A stretch of 64,000 nucleotides of DNA from Candidatus Sericytochromatia bacterium (lineage in GTDB: Bacteria; Cyanobacteriota; Sericytochromatia; S15B-MN24; VGJW01). Location of the stretch: assembly GCA_035285865.1 (NCBI GenBank), contig JAYKHS010000030.1, positions 64,001 through 128,000 on the forward strand. Reading direction: 5' to 3'. The position numbers and the translations under genes are program-made. Positions 54,224 to 62,408 of the stretch are shown here, in pieces. Each line of letters opens with the position of its first letter. Positions within the stretch are counted from its first letter, which is position 1. The notes below the pieces were generated by a model, which saw nothing but the letters and a program-made list of their open reading frames with translations, was not told where the DNA came from and searched no databases.

Positions 54224-55294
54224 ATGAACGTCCAGGCTGCCGTCGCGTCCTTCTGGCTCTGGCTGGTGTCGCTGCAGGGGCCGCAGCTACCGCCACGGGT
54301 CGAGGCTCCGGAGGTCGTGCGGCACCAGGTCTGTCATCCGGGTTTGATGTCGGAGGGGATGTGGGAGTCCCCGGTCATGGCTTCCGGCGTGGCCATCCGG
54401 GAGGCCTGGCCCTCCTGGCAGGTGCGCGCTCCCGAAGGAACCTCCGTTCACCTCGCCTTGCGATTCCGTAGGGTTGCTGCCGATTCGTGGAGCCCGTGGC
54501 TTACGGCAGGTCACTGGGGCGAGGATGCCCCGGCCCCCGAGGACGAGGCGACGACATCGGCTGGCGTGCTTGTCGACGTGGACACGGTGGTTTGCCGTGT
54601 TCCCCAGGCGTGGTTCCAGTGGCGTGTCGTGAGCCGGGTGCGTGGCGCGGCGGAGCCTCCGTTCGTCGATCGGTTGGTCCTTGCCACGGCTGGTGCACCC
54701 CTGGGCGACGGGCCATTGCCCGCCGACCCCCTCGCACCACCCGCCCGCCCCGGATGGAGGGGCATCGTGATGGTCCCCTATCGGGATCAGGGTACCGACG
54801 TACCCCGCATGAAGGGCTCGCTGTGTTCGCCAACGACGACGTGGATGGCCCTTGCCTCTGTCGGGCGTACGGATGGAACGCTCGAGTCCTTTGCGAGCCG
54901 GGTTTACGACAGCCGTCATGACCTCTTCGGTGTTTGGCCCAGAGCCACTGCTGCGGCTGCCGAGCGGGGGCTGTCCGGGTACGTCACCCGGCTGTCCGGC
55001 ATCGAGGCCTTGCGGGATCATCTGGCGGCAGGACACCTGATTGGCGCGAGCATCCGCTACGCCGAGGGGCAGCTCAAGCGCCCGCCGGCCTTGCCCGCGA
55101 CCAAGGGACACCTCATCCTGCTTCGCGGCATCCGGGCAGACGGGGCCATCGTGGCCAACGATCCGGCCACTCCGGGCTCCGGCGATGGCTTCGCCTGGCT
55201 TCCCGAGGACCTCGAGTCTGCCTGGATCGGTCGTTCTGCCGGTGGCATCGCCTACGTGTTCGAGCGTGCCGAGACGCTCGGGGGCAGCCCCTGA
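54224..55294 (+). CDS. Peptidase C39-like family protein
   Basis: VPYRDQ, CSPTT, GHLILLRG and ANDPA motifs. Confidence 0.85.
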   Translation: MNVQAAVASFWLWLVSLQGPQLPPRVEAPEVVRHQVCHPGLMSEGMWESPVMASGVAIREAWPSWQVRAPEGTSVHLALRFRRVAADSWSPWLTAGHWGEDAPAPEDEATTSAGVLVDVDTVVCRVPQAWFQWRVVSRVRGAAEPPFVDRLVLATAGAPLGDGPLPADPLAPPARPGWRGIVMVPYRDQGTDVPRMKGSLCSPTTTWMALASVGRTDGTLESFASRVYDSRHDLFGVWPRATAAAAERGLSGYVTRLSGIEALRDHLAAGHLIGASIRYAEGQLKRPPALPATKGHLILLRGIRADGAIVANDPATPGSGDGFAWLPEDLESAWIGRSAGGIAYVFERAETLGGSP

Positions 55295-57165
55295 TGCTCC
55301 GCTTCCGTCCTGTTGCGGTGATTCCGGTCCTCTTGTGCTTCGGTCTCGGGCTGCCAGCTTCTGGCGCCGAGGCCAGCCGCACCTCGCCCCTCGTCCGCAC
55401 TTACCTTGGTGTGCGTGGCCATCGGGCCGTGACCTTCTCGCCCGACGGGCGTTCCCTGGTGTTCACCTCGACCGTGACCGGGACGGCGCAACTCTGGACC
55501 GTCCCCATCCAGGGCGGCTGGCCCCAGCCGTTGACGCAGGAAGCCGAACCTGTCAGCGAGGCGATTCGACTGCCCGGGCGCTACCTGACAACTGTCGATG
55601 AGGGTGGCAATGAACGGCGCCGGCTGGCCTGGTTGCCCTTGGAAGGCGGAGCGCTGCGGACCTATGCGTGGGCTTCCGGCTCCATCCAGGTTCCCGGTCC
55701 CGTGACCCGGGACGGTCGGTTGCTGGCTTACGCGACCAACGAGCGGGATGCGCGGCGTTTCGATCTGCATCTGCTGGAGCCCGCGAGTGGGCGCTCGCGA
55801 CGTATCCTCGAAGGCGACGGGACCCTGCGGGCGGCGACCTGGCTCAAGGATGGGGAGCTGCTGGTCTATCATCAGGCGCGGACGCCGACGGACGAGGACT
55901 TCCATCTGCTGGATCTGCGTTCGCGCATGGTCCGTCCCCTGACGGAGCGACCTGGAGCGGCGATCTACCGCGGCGTTCATCGGGCCGCCAACGGCAACCT
56001 CTGGCTGGTCTCCGACGAGGGACGCGAGTTCGCCGGCCTGGCCACCCTCGATCCTGCACGTCCCGGCCTGCGATTCCTGGGCCCGGACGGACCGGAGACG
56101 GTCTCGGATCTTGTGCTGTCCGAGGACGGAACCCAGGCGGCCTGGATCAGGAACCTGGAGGGGTGGTCCGAACTGTGGGTCTCGGCGACGGACGCCCCGA
56201 AGCCGCGCCGCATCGAATCTCTGCCGGCGGGCGTTCTCGGAGGCCCGGTCTGGTCGGCGGATGGCAAGCGGTTGGCCATCACCCTGTCGACTCCTGTCTC
56301 ACCTCCTGATGCATGGCTGGTCGACCCGGCGACAGGCGTCAGTCGGCGGGTGACGCATGCTGCGCTGGGCGGCCTGCGTACCGATCTCTTCGTGCGGCCC
56401 GAGCGCGTGCTGGTGCCCAGTTTCGACAAGCGCGCGGTACCTGCATGGCGCTATCGCCCGCCAGGCCTGAAGCCCGGGCAGCGGGCCCCGTGGCTGGTCA
56501 TCGTGCACGGTGGGCCCGAGGGTGAGGAGCGTCCTTCCTTCTCCGCCGCCATCCAACTGCATCTGGCCCGCGGTTGGGGGGTCCTCGCACCCAATATCCG
56601 TGGCAGTACGGGCATGGGCAGGTCGTGGAGCCATCTGGATGACGGCAGGAAGCGACCTGATGCGCTCGCCGACATGGCCGCTCTGGCGACGTGGTTGCGT
56701 CGTCAGCCTGACGTGGACGCGCGGCGCGTCGTCGTGACGGGTGGCAGTTATGGCGGCTACGTGACGATGGCTTGCCTCGCCTTCCAGCCGGACCTGTGGG
56801 CCGGAGGGGTCTCCTCAGTGGGCATGAGCAGTCTCGTGACGTTCCTCGAGCGGACAGGCCCCTGGCGCAGAGCATTGCGCGAGGCCGAATACGGCAGCCT
56901 TGAGCGCGACAGGGATTTTCTGGTCCACTGGTCCCCCCTGACCCACGTGGATCGCATCCGAGCTCCGCTCTTCCTCATCCAGGGGGTGCAGGATCCTCGG
57001 GTGCCCGTGGGCGAGGCGCGCCAGATGGCCGAGGCTCTTCGGTTGCGCGACAGGCAGGTGCGCCTCCTCGAGTTCGAGGACGAGGGGCACGGTCTCGGGA
57101 AGTTCTCGAACCGGGTCACGGCGCTCGACCAGACGTTGCAGTTCCTCGACGCGCTGGCTCATTGA
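55294..57165 (+). CDS. S9 family (prolyl oligopeptidase/acylaminoacyl) peptidase
   Basis: Signal peptide, beta-propeller, HGGPE, GGSYGG, DPRVP and DEGHG motifs. Confidence 0.93.
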   Translation: MLRFRPVAVIPVLLCFGLGLPASGAEASRTSPLVRTYLGVRGHRAVTFSPDGRSLVFTSTVTGTAQLWTVPIQGGWPQPLTQEAEPVSEAIRLPGRYLTTVDEGGNERRRLAWLPLEGGALRTYAWASGSIQVPGPVTRDGRLLAYATNERDARRFDLHLLEPASGRSRRILEGDGTLRAATWLKDGELLVYHQARTPTDEDFHLLDLRSRMVRPLTERPGAAIYRGVHRAANGNLWLVSDEGREFAGLATLDPARPGLRFLGPDGPETVSDLVLSEDGTQAAWIRNLEGWSELWVSATDAPKPRRIESLPAGVLGGPVWSADGKRLAITLSTPVSPPDAWLVDPATGVSRRVTHAALGGLRTDLFVRPERVLVPSFDKRAVPAWRYRPPGLKPGQRAPWLVIVHGGPEGEERPSFSAAIQLHLARGWGVLAPNIRGSTGMGRSWSHLDDGRKRPDALADMAALATWLRRQPDVDARRVVVTGGSYGGYVTMACLAFQPDLWAGGVSSVGMSSLVTFLERTGPWRRALREAEYGSLERDRDFLVHWSPLTHVDRIRAPLFLIQGVQDPRVPVGEARQMAEALRLRDRQVRLLEFEDEGHGLGKFSNRVTALDQTLQFLDALAH

Positions 57166-57183
57166 AGGATTCTTGGGCTGGAC

Positions 57184-57198
57184 TTCAGGTTGCCTTAA
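57184..57198. promoter_or_regulatory. TTAA-N7-TTAA-like box
   Basis: TTCA-ggttgcc-TTAA upstream of the LysM gene; CCGATAA at 57220-57226. Confidence 0.4.
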
Positions 57199-57249
57199 AC
57201 GATCCGGCGTCGGCACTGCCCGATAACTTCCGCATCAGGAGGTGTCCGC

Positions 57250-58323
57250 GTGCCGCAATCGATTCAGCGAGGGGCTGCCCCGGGTACTCGCCCTACCTCG
57301 GCTGGGACCGTCGTGGTTCGCGACAAGGACACTCTCTGGGGCCTTGCGCAGCGTCACCTCGGTGATGGTCGCCGCTGGCGCGAGATCGAGGCGGCAAACC
57401 AGACTCTGCTGGGGAGAACGGGCGGTTTCATCCGCCCCGGCATGGCCCTGCGTCTGCCGGGAGCGGAAGTTGCCCGCCCTACCCCTGCACCCGCGCCTGT
57501 TGCCACCCCTGCTCCTGCGGCGAGACGGCCCGCCCCAGTCCCCGGGACCACCTCTCCTGTGCCGGCCGGAGGGCGCCCAGCGGCGCCGGTATCGATGCCG
57601 GGCATGGCGGGTGACCGCTTCGTGCGTTCGCGTCCTCTCGATGACCAGGGCCGCTGGACGCGCGAGACCTCCGCACGCTTCTCTGCTTTCGTGCCCGGCC
57701 ACATCGCGCGCCTGCGGCAGGAGCGCACCGAAGTGGACTGCGCGGACCTCGCCGCCAAGCTGCTGAGCGACTTTTCCAAGCAGGAGCAGCTTCCGAATCC
57801 GGTGGACCGGGCCGGCACGTGGCATCGCTACGACAAGGCCAATCCCGGCGGACTGCCCAACGTGCAAGGACCCAACTTCTTCCTGTCCCGCGTGAATGCG
57901 GACAATCTCGCGAAGCAGTTCACCCGTCCCATACCGGATCATGACCTTGACGGCATCGCGGGAGCCGATCGCCGGACCGGCCGGGTCGACGTGGATGATC
58001 TCGAGCCCGGCGATATCCTCTTCTACGACTGGGATGGCGATGGCGTGGTCAACCACACCGTCAACTTTGTCGAGCGCAAGGAAGACGGCACCGTAGTGCT
58101 TGCCTTCGGCTCCTATGACAATCTGTCCCGTGACGGGCAGCCGTTGACCTGGTCCACGCTGGACCTGACGCCGATCGAATTGCTCGAGCTCAAGCCCGGT
58201 ACCGCAGACTTCGATCAGTGGCTGGGCGAGGGCAGCCGGCTCTGGGGCGCGCGCCGTTATGCCTTCCGGCCTTCAGGCGTTGCCGACGAGGCTCCCGGAG
58301 CGGTCCGGATGTCCGCGCGCTGA
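57250..58323 (+). CDS. LysM domain protein with a C-terminal NlpC/P60-like Cys-His domain
   Basis: DTLWGLAQRHLGDGRRWREI..IRPGMAL LysM; VDCADL, LEPGDILFYDW and NHT motifs; AGGAGG RBS. Confidence 0.82.
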   Translation: MPQSIQRGAAPGTRPTSAGTVVVRDKDTLWGLAQRHLGDGRRWREIEAANQTLLGRTGGFIRPGMALRLPGAEVARPTPAPAPVATPAPAARRPAPVPGTTSPVPAGGRPAAPVSMPGMAGDRFVRSRPLDDQGRWTRETSARFSAFVPGHIARLRQERTEVDCADLAAKLLSDFSKQEQLPNPVDRAGTWHRYDKANPGGLPNVQGPNFFLSRVNADNLAKQFTRPIPDHDLDGIAGADRRTGRVDVDDLEPGDILFYDWDGDGVVNHTVNFVERKEDGTVVLAFGSYDNLSRDGQPLTWSTLDLTPIELLELKPGTADFDQWLGEGSRLWGARRYAFRPSGVADEAPGAVRMSAR

Positions 58324-59546
58324 GCGGCGTACCGCCTCAGTTCGGGCGTCGTTGCGGCAGCCAACGCCGCGAGCATGAGAATGGCAGCCCCGCCCAAGCT
58401 GACGGCCTGTGCAGGGCCTAGCCATCGCGCCACGGCACCTGCTTCTGCTTCACCGAGTTGGGGGCCGCCGATGTAGAACATCATGCCGATGCTGGTGACG
58501 CGTCCCCGCAGGGCGTCGGGTGTCCTGGCCTGACGCAGGTGGGCACGGATGACGGTGCTGATGCTGTCGGCTCCGCCCGCGACGACGAGACAGGCCAGCG
58601 CCGGCACCAACGCAGTCATCTGTCCGAAGCACAGCCACGCCCCACCATATACGGCAATCATCCCGAGGAAGATAGGCCCTTCCCTCCGGATTGGGGGCAT
58701 TGTCGAGAGCAGGACAGCCGCGAGCGAGGCGCCAAGCGGCTGGGCGGCCATGAGCAGACCGACCTCGCGGGCACCACCGTGATGGACTTGTTCCGCGATG
58801 GCCGGCATCAGCATCGTCGACGCACCGAGGAAGGTGGATGCGAAATCGATGATCATCGTGGTCCAGAGCATCCGATCCGCCATCATGAACCGCCAGCCTT
58901 CCAGCCAGGCACCAAGCCCCGACTGGAACGGGCCCTCGGTCGAAACTTCCGGACGAATCGCCGGCAACCGGGCGAGGGCACCCAGGACCGCCAAGTAGGA
59001 GGCGGAATCGAGCGCGTGGATCATCGCCGCACCCGAGCCGCCGGCGAGCAGCAGGCCGCCGATCATCGGTCCCGCGACCGCCGCGAGTTGCCAGCCCGAT
59101 ACGCTGAGCGACAGGGCGTGGGCCAGGCGATCAGCAGGGACAAGCGCGGGTACGAGCGCGCCGCGTGCCGGGTTGTCGCAGGCAACGGCAGCGGCATGCA
59201 GGGCGACCAGCCCAAGCAGGATCGGTGTCTCAAGACGATTGGCCAGAGTCAGCAGCAGGAAAGCCACGGCAACTGCCGCCATGGTCCCCTGCGTGGCGAG
59301 CATGAGCTTGCGCCTGTCACGGCTGTCGGCGAGTACGCCGCCAACGGGTGCGAGGACAAGGATGGGCAGGGCCTTTGCGAGGCCCATGGCTCCCATGAGC
59401 AGCGGATCGTGGGTCAGGGACCAGAGCTGCCAGGCCAGGGCAACCTGTTGCATCTGCGTGCCGAGGCTCGAGGTCGCCTGACCCAGCAGCAGCCGCCGGA
59501 AGTCAGGGATCGCCCAGGCTGACCACTTGCGGCTTTCGCCTACCAT
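58257..59546 (-). CDS. MFS transporter (DHA3/EntS-like)
   Basis: About 12 TM segments; GGVLADSRDRRKL and TPDALRGRV motifs. Confidence 0.92.
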   Translation of the reverse strand: MVGESRKWSAWAIPDFRRLLLGQATSSLGTQMQQVALAWQLWSLTHDPLLMGAMGLAKALPILVLAPVGGVLADSRDRRKLMLATQGTMAAVAVAFLLLTLANRLETPILLGLVALHAAAVACDNPARGALVPALVPADRLAHALSLSVSGWQLAAVAGPMIGGLLLAGGSGAAMIHALDSASYLAVLGALARLPAIRPEVSTEGPFQSGLGAWLEGWRFMMADRMLWTTMIIDFASTFLGASTMLMPAIAEQVHHGGAREVGLLMAAQPLGASLAAVLLSTMPPIRREGPIFLGMIAVYGGAWLCFGQMTALVPALACLVVAGGADSISTVIRAHLRQARTPDALRGRVTSIGMMFYIGGPQLGEAEAGAVARWLGPAQAVSLGGAAILMLAALAAATTPELRRYAAQRADIRTAPGASSATPEGRKA

Positions 59547-59634
59547 CGGGACCTTGCCTCGGATTCCCGGGTCGGATTGTCGACCTTGCGGTTCAATCTC
59601 CGGCCAGCCGTTTCACGAGGTGGCGCGGTCCCAC

Positions 59635-61359
59635 CTAGCGGACGCGTGAGATGATCCGACCGACTTCAGGCATCAGTTGGCGCTTGGCCCGGATGTGGGC
59701 GATGAGGGCATCGCGCTGAAGGACCTGGAGGTCGCGGCGGGTCTTGCCGGGCAGCATCGCGAATCCTGCCCCGCCTTCCGCCATGTAGTCCGTCACGACC
59801 ACCTTGTAGGTGCGGTTCTCGTCGAAGGCCTTGCCCCCGATCTTGATGGACGCGATGTCGCCATTGGCTTGGACCACGTACGTGGCGCCGGCGATGGCAT
59901 GCCGCTTGCGCTCGTTGGGGCGGCGCTGGATGCGAAGCACCTCGCGGGCCGTCTTGCCGTCCACGGTCATGGCCACGAGCTTGTTGTCGAAGGGGAGCGC
60001 GTAGAAGGCATCCTCGATGCGGATCTGTCCGTGGAGGATGTGGTTGCGCGGCGTACCGCTGCTCGACACGGCGAAGTCGATGGTCGGGTCGAGCGTTCGG
60101 GCAGCCGCCAGGGACGCATCGGCAATCAGGTTGTTGAGGCTCGACTCGACAGCGCCGGTGGAGTAACGCTTGAAGTCGCCATTGGCCGTGCCGATGACTT
60201 CCTTGACCACGCTGTCGACGCGCGTCTTGTACGGGGCGATGGCCGCCTCCACGGCGGGATCCGGACGCACCGTGCGATCGAGGGGAATCAGGTTGTTCTG
60301 GTAGGCTTCGACCCGGCCGTCACGCAGCGTCAAGTCGAGCTTGCCGAGGAAGCCCCCGCCGAAGCCGGGAGACACGATCAGACAACGCTCGCCGTTGGTC
60401 TCGAAAACCTTGGGGCGCTTGATCATCACGTGGGTATGTCCGCTGACGAGGACGTCGATGCCGGGCACCTTGGCCGCGATGGTCTCGTCCGTGACGTGGT
60501 CGCCTTCAGACGCGGCCGCGTCCGAGGCATGCTCGTCGGCGTGGTCGCGTTCGTGCTCGTCAGCCCAGGGCGGAACGGTGCCGACGTGGGAGATGCACAC
60601 CACGACATCGGCTTCCCGACGCAGGCGCTCCACCACGGCGCGCGCAGTGGCCAGCGGGTCGTAGTAGGTCGCGCTCTGGAAGTTGGGCGGGGCGATCAGG
60701 CCATCGACCTCGGTCAGCAGACCGAAGATGCCGACGCGAAGTTTACCTGCCTTGACAACGGTGTAGCGGCTGGCGAATTCGGGGTTGAAGGTCACGTTCG
60801 ACGTGACGGGCCGGCTCTTGTAGAAGCCCATGGCGCGGCGTAGGTCATCCACCCCATTGTCGAACTCGTGGTTGCCGATGGTCAGCGCGCTGAAGCCCAG
60901 CATGCTCATCAGGCGCATCTCGGCTTCGCCCTTGAAGAAGTTGAAGTACGGGGTGCCCTGGAGGTAGTCCCCGGAATCCACCAATATCGACTGCGGCTGC
61001 TGCGCGCGGAGCTCGGCTGCCTTGGTCGCCAGACGCGCGAAGCCGCCCTTGCCGGCGTACATCGAGTAGTAGTAGTTGTCGGCAAATGGCTCGATCCGCG
61101 AGTGTATGTCGCTGGTATACAGGACCGAGAACGGCACGGGCTGGCCCGCCAGCGTCGGATCGGCGGGTACCTCAGGAGCCTGGCCGAGATCCGGAAATCC
61201 CGGTGTGACGGGAATGCCGTTGGCGCGGTATTTGAGCGCCCGGTTGCCCGAAGGCAGGTAGCCGGGGTTCGAGCCCCCGCAGCCGGCCAAGATGACGGCT
61301 GCCAATCCGCCCGCGAGGAGGGTGGATGCGGCACGACGGGAAGATTGCGCGATGGCCAT
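59635..61359 (-). CDS. Bifunctional metallophosphatase/5'-nucleotidase lipoprotein
   Basis: Lipobox LAGC; TSDIHS, DSGDYLQG, GNHEFD, SGHTH and LPFDN motifs. Confidence 0.93.
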   Translation of the reverse strand: MAIAQSSRRAASTLLAGGLAAVILAGCGGSNPGYLPSGNRALKYRANGIPVTPGFPDLGQAPEVPADPTLAGQPVPFSVLYTSDIHSRIEPFADNYYYSMYAGKGGFARLATKAAELRAQQPQSILVDSGDYLQGTPYFNFFKGEAEMRLMSMLGFSALTIGNHEFDNGVDDLRRAMGFYKSRPVTSNVTFNPEFASRYTVVKAGKLRVGIFGLLTEVDGLIAPPNFQSATYYDPLATARAVVERLRREADVVVCISHVGTVPPWADEHERDHADEHASDAAASEGDHVTDETIAAKVPGIDVLVSGHTHVMIKRPKVFETNGERCLIVSPGFGGGFLGKLDLTLRDGRVEAYQNNLIPLDRTVRPDPAVEAAIAPYKTRVDSVVKEVIGTANGDFKRYSTGAVESSLNNLIADASLAAARTLDPTIDFAVSSSGTPRNHILHGQIRIEDAFYALPFDNKLVAMTVDGKTAREVLRIQRRPNERKRHAIAGATYVVQANGDIASIKIGGKAFDENRTYKVVVTDYMAEGGAGFAMLPGKTRRDLQVLQRDALIAHIRAKRQLMPEVGRIISRVR

Positions 61360-61394
61360 GCTTTTCTTATCCCGACCTTAGCCGATTTCTGAAC

Positions 61395-61409
61395 CTAATT
61401 TCACGTTAA
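61395..61409. promoter_or_regulatory. TTAA-N7-TTAA-like box
   Basis: Minus strand TTAA-cgtgaaa-TTAG upstream of the 5'-nucleotidase gene. Confidence 0.4.
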
Positions 61410-61505
61410 GTTACGTGCACCTTCTCCGGGGCTTGGCGCAATGTCTTGCCCCCGTTTCGCGGGCGTGGGACCATGCGGCGCAACGATGCATCTGGAGGCC
61501 CGCCG

Positions 61506-62408
61506 ATGACCTTGCCCGGACGCCTGCTCACGGCGATGGTGACTCCCTTCGCTGCGGATGGTGCCGTCGATCTGGCGACTGCGGCGCGCCTGGCGCGTCA
61601 CCTGGTCGCCCAAGGATCCGACGGACTCGTCGTCAACGGCACCACAGGCGAATCGCCGACCCTCTCCGAGTCGGAGCGGGAAGCCCTGCTCGACACCATC
61701 ATTGAGGCCGTCGGGGCGGAACGGGTCGTCATGGGCACCGGTTCCAACGATACGGACGCTGCCGTGCGCATGTCCCGGCAGGCCGCTTCGCGCGGTGTCG
61801 CCGGTCTGCTCGTCATCGCGCCCTACTACAACAAGCCCGACACCCGGGGCCTGGAGGCGCATTTCCGGGCGGTTTCCGCCGCCTCCGACCGGCCAATCAT
61901 CCTCTATAACCATCCGCCGCGGACGGGAGTGGCGATTCCGGCTGCATTGGTGGGGCGTCTTGCGGCGGACTGCCCCACGATCGTGGCCCTCAAGGACAGT
62001 TCGGCCAGCCTCGACGTGGCCACGGAGATTCTGCTGGCCACGCCCCCGGATTTTCTGCTCTACAGTGGCAATGACAGCCTGACGCTGCCCATCATGGCCG
62101 TTGGTGGCCACGGCGTCATCAGTGTGGCATCGCACGTGATCGGCCCGCGCCTCCGGCAGCTCGTCGATGCTGCGGCGTCTGGGGATTTCGGGACGGCCCG
62201 ACGACTGCACCATGAACTGTACGACCTGATGCAGGGCCTGTTCCTGGCCCCGAGTCCGGCACCGGTCAAGGCTGCCTTGGCGTGGACCGGGATGCCGGTG
62301 GGTGGCGTTCGTTTGCCTCTTGTCGATCTCGATGGCCGTGACCGTCAGCGTCTCGAGGGCATCCTGCGCGATGCGGGCCTTGTCGAGGCACTCGGGGTGC
62401 GCGCGTGA
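61506..62408 (+). CDS. dapA: 4-hydroxy-tetrahydrodipicolinate synthase
   Basis: TAMVTPF, GTTGESPTL, PYYNKP, LYNHPPRT and LKDSS motifs. Confidence 0.96.
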   Translation: MTLPGRLLTAMVTPFAADGAVDLATAARLARHLVAQGSDGLVVNGTTGESPTLSESEREALLDTIIEAVGAERVVMGTGSNDTDAAVRMSRQAASRGVAGLLVIAPYYNKPDTRGLEAHFRAVSAASDRPIILYNHPPRTGVAIPAALVGRLAADCPTIVALKDSSASLDVATEILLATPPDFLLYSGNDSLTLPIMAVGGHGVISVASHVIGPRLRQLVDAAASGDFGTARRLHHELYDLMQGLFLAPSPAPVKAALAWTGMPVGGVRLPLVDLDGRDRQRLEGILRDAGLVEALGVRA

